DNA from: Diplonema papillatum
Taxonomy: Eukaryota
Direction of reading: 5' to 3'
Assembly (NCBI GenBank): GCA_030068145.1
Contig: JAPJBO010000158.1
Span: 245,818 to 309,817 of the forward strand
DNA: 64,000 nt
Both the position numbers and the translations under genes were made by a program. This document shows, piece by piece, positions 11,330 through 23,592 of this stretch (its first letter is position 1; each line of letters opens with the position of its first letter). The notes under the pieces are model-generated. The model saw nothing but the letters and a program-made list of their open reading frames with translations. It ran no database searches and had not been told where the DNA came from.

Positions 11330-12414
11330 ACCCGACCAGATTCAGATTCTACCATCACACCAGCAGGAAGCAAACCAGAAATAAAAGGGACCCCGCAGCC
11401 AGTGCCCGCGAAAGAAAAGATCCTCGCCGGGGTGCGCGAGCTGATGCGCCGCCGCCGCCGCTACAATGACCAAAAGAACCCGGAAGTGCGAGGGCCAAAA
11501 GCTAGATTGGCGTAAACAGAAAAATGCATTCCAAAAAAAAAATTATCAAACGGCGTGCCAGCATACTTGTCACAGCGAGAAAGGAACGTTGGCAGCGGTT
11601 TAAGCTGAACGCGTACACAGGTCAAATCGCACAATGTCGTGCACTGCACCCGACCAGATTCTACCGTCACTTCAACAGGAAGCAACCCAGCAGTGAAAGG
11701 GACCGCGCAGCCAATGCCCGCGAAAGAAGGATCCTCGCCGGGATGCGCGAGCTGATTTGCCGCCACCGTGTCGACGCGTACCTGGTGCCGCAGGCAGACC
11801 CGTACAACAGCGAGTACGCCCCGGCCGCCTTCGCGCGGGTGCGGGCGCTGTCGGGGTTCACTGGGTCCGCGGGCACGGCGATCGTGACCCAAACGTCGGC
11901 CCACCTGTGGACCGACGCGCGGTGCTGGCAGCAGGCACCCCCCAGGAAACGAGCCCGGCGTGGGACCTGAAGAAGGGTCAGACGTATTCGAAACATGATT
12001 CCCATGAGTCGCCTGCACTGCATTCGATCGAATTCTCAAGCGACCTTCACTCTAAATTAAGAAAGCAAACCGATGGCCACAGCGTATTCAAAAAAAGCAA
12101 ACGACGGCCAGAAGAATCCGAAACATGATTTTTCGTGTTAGAAAACGAGAGAAGCAGAAAAACAAGAAACAAAAAAGAAGACGGAAGAACCAAGAAGAAA
12201 ACGAGCGAGGTCCGCCGAAAGAGAGAAAGAAAGGAGCGCAATCATCAAGAGACGGTTTTACCCAGGAGCAAGCAAATGCAGAGGCGGCAAGTCCATTCGT
12301 GCCACGTACTCACGACGTGAACAGCGAGTATCTAGCACACTTTGAACTGCACGCGGGGCCGGTGACTCGTCACTACCAGATTCTATCTTCACTCCAGCAG
12401 GAAACAAACCAGAA
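11330..12414 (+). pseudogene. Two upstream degenerate tandem copies (about 720 bp period) of aminopeptidase P exon 1
   Basis: The PMPAKEKILAGVRELMRR...VDAYLVPQADP.NSEYAPAAFARVRALSGFTGSAGTAIVTQT..HLWTDAR coding block occurs at 11395-11460 (short), 11690-11960 (frameshifted by +2 nt near ...CAGCAGGCACCCCCC) and intact at 12415-12830. Flanks share ...CCGAAACATGATTTTT and ...CAGATTCTA...CAGCAGGAA.CAAACCAGAAATGAAAGGGACC. Confidence 0.75.
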
Positions 12415-12830
12415 ATGAAAGGGACCGCGCAGCCAATGCCCGCGAAAGAAAAGATCCTCGCCGGGGTGCGCGAGCTGATGCGCCGCCACAGCGTCGACGC
12501 GTACCTGGTGCCGCAGGCGGACCCGCACAACAGCGAGTACGCCCCGGCCGCCTTCGCGCGGGTGCGGGCGCTGTCGGGGTTCACTGGGTCCGCGGGCACG
12601 GCGATCGTGACCCAAACGGAGGCCCACCTGTGGACCGACGCGCGGTACTGGCTGCAGGCGCCCCAGGAAATGAGCCCGGCGTGGGAGCTGAAGAAGGCGT
12701 CGCCCACTAACACGATCCACCAGTGGGCGGAGCAGCTGCCGGAGAACTCGACTATCGGCGTAGACCCCCTCGTGCTCAGCATGCAGGGACATCAGAAGCT
12801 GCAGGACGCAGTCAAAAGCAACAAAGCAAA
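12415..12830 (+). CDS. Xaa-Pro aminopeptidase P (M24B, XPNPEP1-like), exon 1 (creatinase-N-like domain)
   Basis: MKGTAQPMPAKEKILAGVRELMRRHSVDAYLVPQADPHNSEYAPAAFARVRALSGFTGSAGTAIVTQTEAHLWTDARYWLQA... is collinear with the XPNPEP1 N-terminus (...[54 protein letters not shown]). The donor is AA|GTATCC (phase 2). Confidence 0.85.
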
Positions 12831-13278
12831 GTATCCATTTCTTTATTTCTCAATATTACTACCGACACTGGTTTTCGTCGGGAGAAAAAAAATTATTGTA
12901 CCGTACTGTACATTTGTACTGACGGGAACATTTCCGGAACAACGGTTGCACACATGAAAGAGAAAAACGAAGCAAACGAAAAAGTGCTAACACAGGAAAC
13001 CCCCCCACAGAGGTTTATACCCTGTACACGCGAAGAACGAGAAACTTTTGCCTCATCATTTTCATCACCTTATGGTCGGTTGATGCTGATCGTCCGTTGC
13101 TTCGTTTATCAGCGCAAGCCCCAACTCTGGAATGATCCTGGTCTTTGGTGGTATATGCACCGTTTGTTCTGCTTCGTAAGAATGCTTCTGCAGGGAATCG
13201 TTGGTTGACCAAACCTTGAGTCTCTTGTTGTACGAAGCATCGAGCTCAATCAAACCGAGTCGCGTACTGGTGGTTTAA

Positions 13279-13431
13279 GGGGGGTCGAATAATAACACCT
13301 GTGTTATCATTCGATATTTGTCGAATACTGACAAAAGTTCCGGGTAGCCGAACAGTAGCAGGATCAAGTCGGGGTAGTGTTTTTAGGCAACCAGACGCGT
13401 GTCAAATAACTGTTATTATTCGACCACCCCC
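13279..13431. mobile_element. MITE, about 153 bp, within aminopeptidase intron 1
   Basis: Perfect 18 bp TIRs GGGGGTCGAATAATAACA / TGTTATTATTCGACCCCC. Flanked by TTAAG/TTAG. No coding capacity. Confidence 0.7.
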
Positions 13432-13634
13432 TTAGCATCCCAGAAGGAAAGTGGAAAAATAAAGAAGAAACTCTTCTGCATTCTCTGGAAGAAGATGTGA
13501 TGACATCACACATGGACGAAAGGCAGTGTTCTACCCTATGTTAAAACATTGAGTTCGACCAAGAACATCCTCCTCATGCATGAGAGGCAGTGTCCAGCCT
13601 ATGCACTCAAATCACAAATTTCCCCCTCGAACAG

Positions 13635-14850
13635 AGTCGTTCCTATCCGAGAAAACCTTGTCGACGTGCACTGGGCCGATCGGCCACCGCTCCCGACATC
13701 GGAAGTGTACCACTTGGAGGACGAGTTCACGGGCCGGCCTCTGGCCGAGAAGATCGCCGCCGTGAAGGAGCACCTCGACAAGAAAAAGTCCTCGGCGCTC
13801 ATCGTCTCGGCCCTCGACGAGGTCGCCTGGCTGCTCAACCTCCGCGGAAGCGACATCCCGAACACCCCCGTGTTCCTGGCGTACGCCCTCGTCACCAACG
13901 AGGGGAAGGTCACCCTGTTCACGCAGCTCTCGCGGGTGAGCCGCCGGGTGCTCGACAGCGAGGAGTACAAGGCCGTCGTCACATTCCGCGAATACGGCGA
14001 GTTCTTTGATGCGTTCGAGCAGACGCTCGCCGGCTCGCGTGCCTTGGTCGACAGCGCGGTGACGTCCTGGGGGGTGGCGCAGACACTGGAGGCGATCAAG
14101 TGCGAGGCGTTGCACGACAGCTCCTGCGTGGCTAGCGCGAAGGTTAAAAAAAACGCCGTCGAGCAGCAAGGCTTCATCAACTGCCACGTCCGCGACGGAG
14201 TCGCGCTGTGCACGTACTTGAAGTGGCTGGAAGACACGGTCGCAAGCGGGGAGAAGCTCATGGAGATACAAGCGATCTCGCAGCTCCTCAAGTTCCGCGC
14301 GCAGCAGAAGCACTTCAAAGGGGTCTCCTTCGAGACTATCTCCGGGTGCGGGCCGACTGCGGCTGTCATCCACAACCGGCCGTGCCTCGGGACGAACGAC
14401 CACGTCATCGGGACCGACCATATCTACCTCGTCGACTCCGGCGGCCAGTACAAAGACGGCACCACGGACGTCACGCGCACCGTCCACTTTGGAACGCCGA
14501 ACGCCCGCGAAATCGAGGCGTACACCCTCGTGCTGAAGGGGAGCATAGGGATAGCGACCGCCGTGTGGCCCGATGGCGCGTCCGGGTCCGCCTTGGACTC
14601 GCTCGCGCGGCGGGCGCTGTGGAAGCACGGCCTTGACTTCCTGCACGGCACCGGCCACGGCGTCGGGCACTTCCTCGGCGTGCACGAAGGCCCGATCGGC
14701 ATCTCGTCGCGGCCGACAGCGCCCCTGGGCGAGGGCTCTGTCGTGTCGAACGAGCCGGGGTTCTACCTCGACGGCGCCTTCGGCATCCGCATCGAAAACC
14801 TCGAGCTCGTCGTGAAGGCGGCGACCAAGTACCGGTTCAACGACAAGCAG
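13635..14850 (+). CDS. Xaa-Pro aminopeptidase P, exon 2 (linker plus M24 catalytic domain)
   Basis: The acceptor is CGAACAG|A at 13634. ...VVPIRENLVDVHWADRPP...NLRGSDIPNTPVF...VDSGGQYKDGTTDVTRTVHFG...HGTGHGVGHFLGVHEGP...SNEPGFYLDGAFGIRIENLELVV... contains the M24B metal-binding signature (HGTGHGVG, EPG.Y, GIRIEN). The donor is CAG|GTGTGC at 14851. Confidence 0.9.
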
Positions 14851-15370
14851 GTGTGCCTACCCCATCAATTGAGCCGGTCTACCCCCGGCTGACCATAATT
14901 TCTTGTCAGTACTAAAGTACTTTTGGGAATATTGACACGAAGTGTGGCTCCTCGCTGGAAGACTTGTGCAGGTGAACTGATGGGGAAAACACTGTGACAA
15001 CAGCCTCCAGGCGTCATTGCAGTAGGACACTGCAGTCAGGCACGCATTGCTGCTGTGCATTGCAGCAGCGGTTTTCGTTCAATGAGAGGAAAGGAATGAA
15101 TAAATCCGAATAGCAACTTACGATGGGGTGATACCCCAAGGGTACTTTGGACACCCTGCGGGGTCACTCCACCTATCCCAACAACAAAATGTTTCCCCCG
15201 AAGAACCGACACCCTGTATATAGTTTCAAGCCTCGCAGATTCCCTCGGAAAATCCGCGAGACAGCCTACTGCTAGACTGCTGATAGACTGTGATATTTTG
15301 GATTATTTTGATGTTTGAATGCAGAATATCTGTAGCGATTGGCCTGCATTAGCCACCAGATGACTAAAGC

Positions 15371-15867
15371 CCCCCCCCCCCCCCCCCCCCCCCTCGTACT
15401 ATTTAGGTGAAAATCATCAGATATTTCCTGAAAAAGCTAAAAGTACACCCCCCAAACTTTCAGGGTGACTCGTACTATTTAGCCACCATTTAACCACTAT
15501 TTAACCAATATTTAGAACGAGAGAATCGGGGCTCAGCGTCATTTAGAGTGAGGTCTCACTCTAAGTGATGCTGAATGCTTTACTCTTTAGTGACACTGAA
15601 ACGTCACTAAAGGTTAGCTTATTGGGTTTCTGCCGAAATCTTCCGTTTTTCTAATTCTTCTAAGTGACCTGGACGCGCTCTCTGTGCTGGATCTGCATGC
15701 TGATACCTGTCCTTCACCTGCATCAAAGAGAAAACGGAGCGTGAGCTCTTAGCCGGAATTAAAACGTAAAAGTCGTTGCAGCTGGGGGCACCACTTAAAA
15801 CTTTTAAAAAACAACACTCGTACTATTTACCTAAATAGTACGACTGCCTAAATAGTACGAGGGGGGG
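15371..15867. mobile_element. MITE-like non-autonomous DNA element, about 500 bp, AT-rich interior, within aminopeptidase intron 2
   Basis: TIRs C(n)CTCGTACTATTTAGG ... CCTAAATAGTACGAGG(n), with a C23/G7 homopolymer at the ends. There is an internal palindrome CGTACTATTTACCTAAATAGTACG and internal inverted repeats (TCACTAAAGG). Confidence 0.65.
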
Positions 15868-16539
15868 AGCTTTACCTCTTTGATCGTACCGTGTCGTGCT
15901 TCTGGCGTTTGCACTCATTCGAAGCATCGTCCTCGCGCGGTCGCTTTGCGACTCTTCCCTTCCTCGCCGGTTTGCATGCTTCTGCGGCCTTTGCCTTCGG
16001 GCGGCGCTGGGCTTTTCTTCTTCCGTTGGAGGGAGGGTCGTCGTCTCTCGTCTTCGCTTTACCGGCGCTGATGCCTTCCTTGCTGGTGACGGCGTAATTG
16101 GCGGAGCCGGGGCCGGCGCCCGCCCGTCCGCGTCCGGGGTGGAGTTTGCTGCACTTTTCGTGTGTTTTCCTCGAGGTGGTTGGGCTTTGCTCTGTGGTCG
16201 CTGCCGGTCTCGCTGCCTTGCTGCGACGTCCTAGTGGTGCTCGTCCCCCGTTCCTTCGATTCAGCTCCGGGTGTGTCAGGCGCTGGCGAATCCTCGCGCT
16301 TTCTGCGGCGCTGTTGCTCGCGTCGTTGCAATACCCGGTAGCGGTGGTGGTGGCCTCGTTTGCAGCACTGGCCAGGCCGCCGGTTTGCGCAGTCTTCGCA
16401 CGCTGGCATGTCGTGGTCCAGACACCCGTGGTGCGACCCTCCGCAGCACTCTGCGACCGTCACGCACGTCGCGCAGATCGTCATCCAGTGCTTCTTGCAA
16501 AACTTGACGGCCTTCAGATTATATATTGCAACTAATCTG

Positions 16540-16830
16540 TAGTGGTAGTCTGCTGGTAGTCTGCATCGCCGGAGTCGTGGTTATCTATTCGCACGTGACG
16601 TGCAATGCTTTCGCCTCTTCAGCTCGTCTTGATTCTCGTCGCGTTCAGGCGCGCGTTTGGTGCTTCGCTTCTCCTTCGACTGCTCGTCCGGGTTCACCGG
16701 TTGCGCGTCGATAGTTGCTTTCTTACGGCGCGTGGCCGTGTTGTCTTCTGTGGAGTTGCCCGTCGCTTCTTCGTCTCCGCTCTCGCGCGCTGTGATAGAC
16801 AGCAGCAGGAAATAGAGGTGGATCACGGAT
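16540..16830 (-). repeat. Repeat family F copy carrying a conserved small ORF end (…IDAQPVNPDEQSKEKRSTKRAPERDENQDELKRRKHCTSRANR*)
   Basis: Homologous in inverted orientation to 37290-37510, where the + strand encodes ...IDAQLMNLDEQSKENRGTKRAPARDDQDELKRRKHDTSRAKR*. Both copies keep the stop and show mostly conservative substitutions. Confidence 0.5.
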
Positions 16831-17684
16831 TTTCCGAGGAAATCTGCGAGGCTTGGCGAATCTACATGTTTTTAGCCTCATCCCCATGTCGAAGAGACAC
16901 GCTAGAAACTGCCTGGTGGTGGTGCCTCTACATGATCAAGTGTTTCCTAATAGTTTTACGTCGCCGACCATGATGAACGTCGGCCCGTTTAAAATGGCGT
17001 TTTGGGTATTACCGTACTTTGGGTATTGACACCGGCCTGCTCTGACAGATGTATTTTGGCCTTTGAGTTTTTTTCTCAGCCACATGCAATGTGTGAGGAA
17101 ACTGAACCGCCCAAGTAGGACCTTCTGATCTTGATCATTTGTAAAAGAGGGTGCACTTAAAAATCCTGGTGCGAGCAATATTGTGGGCCACCCATCCGAT
17201 GGCACCTCCTGCGGACGATGTGCACCTACGTAGCACCCTCTGGGGACCGATGGACCTGTCTGACCCCCGGCCTGGATCGTGCTTGGCAGCGACCAGCTTC
17301 GACCAGCTGTAGACGTGGCTGAGTCTCTATCTTCCGGGGCCTTCGAACCGTGAAAATGAATGCCGCAGGCGAGGAGGCCCGGAGAAGCAGGGAGGCCGCA
17401 ACAGGCCCGGGCCTCACTTTGATTCCATAGCTACGCCTGTCAAACTGTGCTCGGAGTCGAAAATTGTCGATTGGCGTTTCGAACGAAGACTGCTGCGCCA
17501 CGGTGCGGATAGCAACCTGGCCCGTGAGAGAGTGCGTGCAAAATGCATGCATCATAGTGCTGCACAGTAGGTGGGTGGCTGAACCTCTAACAAAAGCGAA
17601 AAGGCATGCCTCGGAAAAGCCCTTCGAACCCGCATGGCCCACCCCGTTTGATTCAAGTGAAACTTCGACCTTATACACCTTCAG

Positions 17685-17792
17685 TTCCTGACGATGCGAA
17701 CACTGACCATGGCGCCCCTCGAGCCGAAGCTCATCGATGTGTCGCTGCTTTCAGAAGACGAAATTACCTGGGTCAACACATACCACCGAACG
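17685..17792 (+). CDS. Xaa-Pro aminopeptidase P, penultimate exon
   Basis: The acceptor is CCTTCAG|T at 17684. FLTMRTLTMAPLEPKLIDVSLLSEDEITWVNTYHRT matches XPNPEP1 SLTFEPLTLVPIQTKMIDVDSLTDKECDWLNNYHLT. The donor is ACG|GTATGCATCG. A short terminal exon is expected between 17880 and 18010 but is not resolved. Confidence 0.75.
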
Positions 17793-18123
17793 GTATGCAT
17801 CGACGTTTATACTTCGAGCCACTCGTGCAGGTGGTTCCTCGCAACTGCCCGTTTTTTTGTGAAAGGCCCAAAAAAAAAAAAAAACTGCTCGCGGACTTTG
17901 CAAAGAAACGAAGAGACACGATCCGGCACGTGGCGAAACGCGTGAAGGTCCTGTGCGACGACCCGTTAGCGGCACGGTGGTCCTCGCTAGTTTTGAGATA
18001 TCTCGAGTAAATCAGCACTGCGTCTTGTGTGGGGGGCAACGGAAGAGGAAGAAGTGGAAAGAGAAGGGATCGGAGCGGTAGGGAAAAGGGAGAGTGAATG
18101 ACTAACGATATCAACGGAAGGAG

Positions 18124-18124
<1 letters not shown>

Positions 18125-18153
<29 letters not shown>
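18125..18153. repeat. Poly(A) tract (about 29 nt). Other A/T runs lie at 17866-17882, 18251-18266 and 4261-4276.
   Basis: Homopolymers visible in sequence. Confidence 0.9.
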
Positions 18154-18155
<2 letters not shown>

Positions 18156-21119
18156 GCTAACCCAAACAACTTCCGCCGGTAGAGAAACCTCGCCTAAAGA
18201 AATCAACTGCCTTCGGGTAGGCTAGTCTGACACTAGTTGTCGTCGGGAAAAAAAAAAAAAAAATGGGTCTTGAACACAAAAAAAAGCAGACAGAGAGACT
18301 TTAGGGACTTTTTTTTGGTAGGAAAATAAACTTGTTTCTTTGAAGACTAATAATAATCCGAAACGACAGGTTTGCCGCTCCAATCCGTCCAGAGTAACAA
18401 AGTAGCTTGCTTGCACCACTCCATGTGGTCAGCAGCAAGATTAGCAGCTTTCTGGCTTTACCTTTTACTCCAACCAATACGGCGCGAGGCAAACAGAGCA
18501 GGAGCGGTGGACGAGAGTGACAGACACAAGCATAGGAGTGAGGATTTTATTAGTCGTATAAGATCGAAGATCTTAGAAGATTAATACTATTCCGACGAGA
18601 ACTATTCCGACGAATACTATTCCGACGAGAACTAACATGTTGTAACACTTGTACAAAGGTTATTGCGATATTATGAAGAAGTTCGTGGCACACACGAGAA
18701 TCTCTGCATGACCTTTCTACGTTTGCTACGCACCATCAATCTGGCATCACGCAGCAGCAAGGACGAGAGCAGCGAGTACGGAGCAGCGAGACGGGCGAGG
18801 AGGAGAGTATTATTGTCAGGAAGCGCCGTTAAGAGGCCCCCGCGGGGCTGCCGGCGCTGTCCGGGGCTGAGTTCCGAGCCAGCCCAAACTGATTGCATGC
18901 CGAAAATCGCCATTGCGGCGTGCACCCTCCCCAACAACAAACAAAACAAAGCAGACAGTGAAATGGTCGTTTGCCTGGTCGGGTTTCGCTCACGACCGTT
19001 TCCTGAACAATCCTTCACGAAATCCGCGGTTAAATAACCTGGCACCACGCGCTCTTCAAACCCAAGAAACATTTTCCCCAACACCGTCAAGTTCTTCGTA
19101 GTCTGCGCTGGGTGCTCAATGGATCCTACCACACAGGTGCTCGACACGATCTCGAAGAATACCGAGGACGCAGCGCTCAAAAAGTGGCTTGCGGCCAAAT
19201 GCAAGCCCCTGGCTTCGGACGAAAGCGCGAAGAAGCGCCAGCGGACTCAGTAAAAGCATGCCGCCAATGACGACGAGCCTTGTTCTGAGGAAGGCAGCTT
19301 ATCCACGCAGCCGATGGTAGTGCCGCAGCGTCGTTTGTTCAAGACACCCCGTGGTTTTTTTTGAGCCCGCCGACGCCTGCTCGGGTGTTGTTGTAACGCG
19401 TCCGCAGACACCTTACAGCTCGCATCGTGTAGTGTTCAAGCACGGCCAAGAGATGCTGACCGGACGATGCATCACTCTTCGCACCCTTGCTGTTTCCCGC
19501 CTTTTCATTCCCGCCGACGAGCGTTCGGCCTTCTTCACGAGTTGACCAGTGTGTGGTACTTCCATTGCTACTACATGTTCGAAGAATCCAACTCGGTTAA
19601 ACTCCGTGGCCTTAAAACCGTGGGATCTAAATCGGAGTTGCCAACCTCCTCGCGGTGGTCCCCGTCCACGTGTGCAAGCACGGCTAATGGCTAACACGTG
19701 CACAGTGCGCTGCTCAGGGTAGTTGAAGGCCTGTCAGTAGTCCCGAGGGACGATAGTACGGTAGAAAGGAGGGACCTCATCTCGATGGTCGGTGTTAGCA
19801 TTCCACTTCGCTCCGCAAGAAGATGCCGATTAGAATGAGCATGGCCGGATGCGTGGACATAAACTGTGGCGCACCTCCGTTGTTCTCTGGCACCTGCTCT
19901 CGATCGCGGGCACCGAGCCCCTCACTGCTACGGAAGCCCCACCGGAGCTCGCGGCAGACAGAAAGCTCCCGCCGAGCGACCCTCTGCGGTCGAAAGCGAG
20001 GGAGGGCGCAGACCAGAGCCCCCCCTCCCGGACCCCCCGCCGCAACAGCAGAACGTGCATTTTTCTTCTTTGTTTTACCGCGACACCACACCGCAAACCC
20101 GCGCATTTCTTTTTTCTCGCGTCGCGGAAACAGTACAAGGCACACCGGCTGTTTCCATTTTTTTGGTGTTGGCATTTCAAACGTGCATGAAGTCCAACGG
20201 ACAAAAAAGTGTCGCTGCTACAGGCGAAGCCTCCCCCGTTTGCCTGTGCTCGCGCAGCGGGGTTGGTCCTGGCTCGAACAACTGCCCGAACAACCGCTGT
20301 TGACACTCAGGTTCCGCTCAGTCGGTCCTGCAAGGTGTAATTGCTCGCCTCAAAGCTGCCACCGACGAGCTTCTCGTTCGCCGAAAGGGAATGCGTGAAC
20401 ATTCCGCCACCCGGATGCAGGAGATCTGAAGTGGTGACACATTGCCGATCCTGTTGACCATGACCGCGAGACACAGTAGTCTCTTGACGATCTCCGTCTC
20501 ATGTGTAGGTTAGCTTAAAGGACGATGCAGATGGGACCAGCGCCGTGTCGAACCACACAACCATTCCAAGCACGACCTTGCAACCTCTCTCAATTCCAAG
20601 AGGGTTACTTCGTGTATGCGGCTTGCTGCCCTCAACTCGCAGGTGTACCGCCTCACTTTACCCCCTTTTGTATTTCAACGCGCAATCAACGAAAGCTTCG
20701 GCGTCAGTGAGGCTGTACCCCGTGGTTCGGCCACGACTGAGCGCCCTGCCCTAATTGTCTACTTAAGCCCGAGATGATTTGTTTCCCCCTACGCTGCGCT
20801 TTGCTTCCATTCCATCCAAATCGCGTGCAAGGCGCGAACGGTTCTCGGCTGGTGCCGTGGCGCTGCAGGCCGTTGAACACCAGTCGTCGGCAGAACGGGA
20901 CAGTTGAGTTGCAGCTCTTGCCGAACAGATAGAGCCCACATTGCAAGCAAATGCGATCTCGGTGTCGGTCGCAAGAACTGCGGAAATGATAATATGTACT
21001 ACCAAGACACACCATATGCATGACGCTTAGCACTAAACATGCGCAAACTGAATCAATGTTTCATGAAAGAAACCTTTCGACGACGGTGCCAGCGTCGTCT
21101 TTTTGCACCCAGTGGCCGC

Positions 21120-21700
21120 AACTAGCGCCGTGCGGTGTAGGCGCTCGAGTCTGTCGTTCTCTTCTTGAGCTGTGTACGGACCATAGATGCAGGCGATACC
21201 GTCCATGAGAGCCGGCCAGGCGTACGCCATGTAAAGCGCCCGGAGGACGAAGACCCTCAAAACCTGAATCCTCAAGGTTTCACTCTAGAAAACAAGAGGA
21301 CGCTTTACGGGACCAGTGCGGTGTAGGCGCTCGAGTCTGTCATTCTCTTCTTGAGCTGTGTACGGACCATAGATGCAGGCGATACCGTCCATGAGAGCCG
21401 GCCAGGCGTACGCCATGTAAAGCGCCCGGAGGACGAAGACCCTCATTATCCCGAATCCTCAAGCGAGGTTTCACTCTAGAAAACAAGAGTACGCTTTACG
21501 GGACCAGTGCGGTGTAGGCGCTCGAGTCTGTCATTCTCTTCTTGAGCTGTGTACGGACCATAGATGCATAGATGGTGATACCGTCCATGAGAGCCGGCCA
21601 GGCGTACGCCATGTAAAGCGCCCGGAGGACGAAGACCCTCAAAATCCTGAATCCTCAAGCGAGGTTTCACTCTAGAAAACAAGAGGACGCTTTAAGGGAC
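21120..21700. repeat. Tandem repeat, about 185 bp unit x3, with related dispersed motif family C (CCATTCCAAGCACG..CTTGCAA.CCTC / CAGACACTCAGGTTC.GC)
   Basis: Three near-identical units begin GTGCGGTGTAGGCGCTCGAGTCTGTC. Related pieces lie at 20270-20330, 20540-20600, 21700-21960 and 36060-36250. Confidence 0.7.
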
Positions 21701-22221
21701 CAGTGCGGTGTTGAGCACCTATCCATTCCAAGCACGTTCTTGCAATCCTCCCCCCTGAAACCCCCACCGTGTGCTCTAGTAGCGCGGGTGGCCCTGGCTG
21801 TTGACGAGCTACGAACAGCCGCCTGACAATGTCCTTTCTGCAGACACTCAGGTTCTGCGCTGATGGTCCGCCTTAGGTGTCCGTGGCTTAAGGACCGAAA
21901 CATGGGACCGGTGCGGCGATTCGAAGCACGTTCCCGCATCCTCCCCGAAAAGCCCACCGAACGCCACAAGCATGTACTAACTTGAACATCACGAACAACT
22001 CCAATCTGTACGTCCATTATGGTTGTCAGAAACACAAAGCCCCCTGCACGGCACCCTGCCCGATTGGAAGAGCCCCGAGCGTCCGCCGGGGAGTAGTGTT
22101 TCTTGTGAGAACAAGACATTGCACAACAACACCGAAGTTTCAACGCGACCATCCACCAGAAACAACAGGAGAAAATACTTTCGCTCTACAAAGGAGACCG
22201 AAGGAACCAAAGCCACGTGCG

Positions 22222-22852
22222 ATGTCTTTCAAGAACGTCGTTATCGTCGCCGCGAAGAGAACGGCGTTCGGGTCATTCGGTGGCACACTGAAGAACGTGA
22301 CCGCGACTGACCTGGCCGTGATCTCGTCGAAAGCGGCACTCGAGCAAGGCAACGTGAACCCAGATGACATCGACCACGTCATCATGGGCAACGTCTTCCC
22401 TTCATCACCCGACGGTGCTTACCTCTCGAGGCACGTTGGCCTCAAGTCAGGCGTGCCGATCCCGACCCCTGCGCTGAATGTCAACCGTTTGTGTGGAAGT
22501 GGGTTCGAATCAATTATACAAGGAGCCCGCCTCTTGCAGGTCGGCGAGTCGAAGGCAGTCCTCGCGGGAGGCACGGAGAACATGTCGATGTGCCCGCACA
22601 GCATCTACGGCGCACGGGAAGGCAGTGGGCTTGCGTTGGGCCAATCCAAGCTTGTCGACACGCTGTGGGAAGGGCTCACCGACAGCTACAACAACACCCC
22701 CATGGGCCTCACGGCCGAGAACCTCGCCACGCAGTACTCGATCTCCCAGAAAGAAGTCGACGAGTTCTCCGTCCGCTCGCAGAAGCTTCTCGCGGAGGCC
22801 CAGGCAGCCGGCAGACTCGATGAAGAGATCTGCGTGGCCGAAGTGAAAAAGG
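22222..22852 (+). CDS. Acetyl-CoA acetyltransferase (thiolase II), exon 1
   Basis: MSFKNVVIVAAKRTAFGSFGGTLKNVTATDLAVISSKAALEQGNVNPDDIDHVIMGNVF...NRLCGSGFESI... carries the thiolase N-terminal signature with the active-site Cys. The donor is G|GTTTGC (phase 1). Confidence 0.9.
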
Positions 22853-23225
22853 GTTTGCCCCACATCCCCTCCTACTGATTCTTAACCAAAACGTGTTTTA
22901 TCCTTTGATTGAGCACTGGTTCGTCTCACCTTTCCTTCGTTGCGGCTGTGCCAAGCTGCTGTTGTCAGACGCTAGCGTGGGAAAAGTGTCACAGTCGTTG
23001 GGTAGGGGCCCTCATCCGGAGTGTATACCTGGCTCAAAAGCCACGTTCCCGCGCAGACAAAGTCCCTACGATCTTTTCACTCTAAAGAAATTGTTAGCTG
23101 CGATTTACCAGTTTTTGCTCATGCGATTTGACCTGTACGCGTTGAGTTTAAACCGCTGCCAACGTCCGTAGTATGCTCTTCACTGGCTATCGCAAAAAAG
23201 TATGCTGAAAAAAATGCACACACAG

Positions 23226-23572
23226 GAAAGAAGACGATTGAGTTCAAGAAGGACGAACACGGCCGCCCGGATGCGAGCGTTGAGGCGATGGCTAAGTTGC
23301 CGAAGGTGTTCAAGAAGGACGGCGTCGTGCACCCCGCCGCGGCTTCGGGCATCTGCGACGGGGCAAGCAGCGTGATCGTGACGACCGAAGAGTACGCGAA
23401 GGAAAAGGGGTGGACTCCTTTGGCTCGCCTGGTGTCGTTCGGCGTGTCCGGGTGCGATCCGTCCATCATGGGCATCGGCCCCGTCCCGTCCATCAGGCAG
23501 GCCCTTCTGAGAGCCGGGCGCAGCCTCGACGACATGGGCCTCATCGAGATCAACGAAGCATTCGCTCCCCAG
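23226..23572 (+). CDS. Thiolase, exon 2
   Basis: The acceptor is CACACAG|G. (G)KKTIEFKKDEHGRPDASVEAMAKLPKVFKKDGVVHPAAASGICDGASSVIVTTEEYAKEKGWTPLARLVSFGVSGCDPSIMGIGPVPSIRQALLRAGRSLDDMGLIEINEAFAPQ is collinear with ACAT1 (...NASGINDGAAA...GLTPLARIVS...PSIMGIGPIPAI...FEINEAFAA). The donor is CAG|GTATAC. Confidence 0.9.
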
Positions 23573-23592
23573 GTATACCCACCTCGCCGTAA

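Noticed and set aside
13599-14685. Minus-strand ORFs (269 aa, 357 aa) antisense to aminopeptidase P exon 2
   Set aside because: Antisense GC artefacts. The sense strand carries unmistakable M24B motifs.
19795-20400. Cluster of overlapping 110-190 aa ORFs on both strands
   Set aside because: GC-rich low-complexity sequence, with no domain signal and no consistent frame.
22478-22863. ORFs overlapping thiolase exon 1 in other frames or strand (122 aa, 110 aa, 117 aa)
   Set aside because: Alternative-frame artefacts. The thiolase frame is unambiguous.
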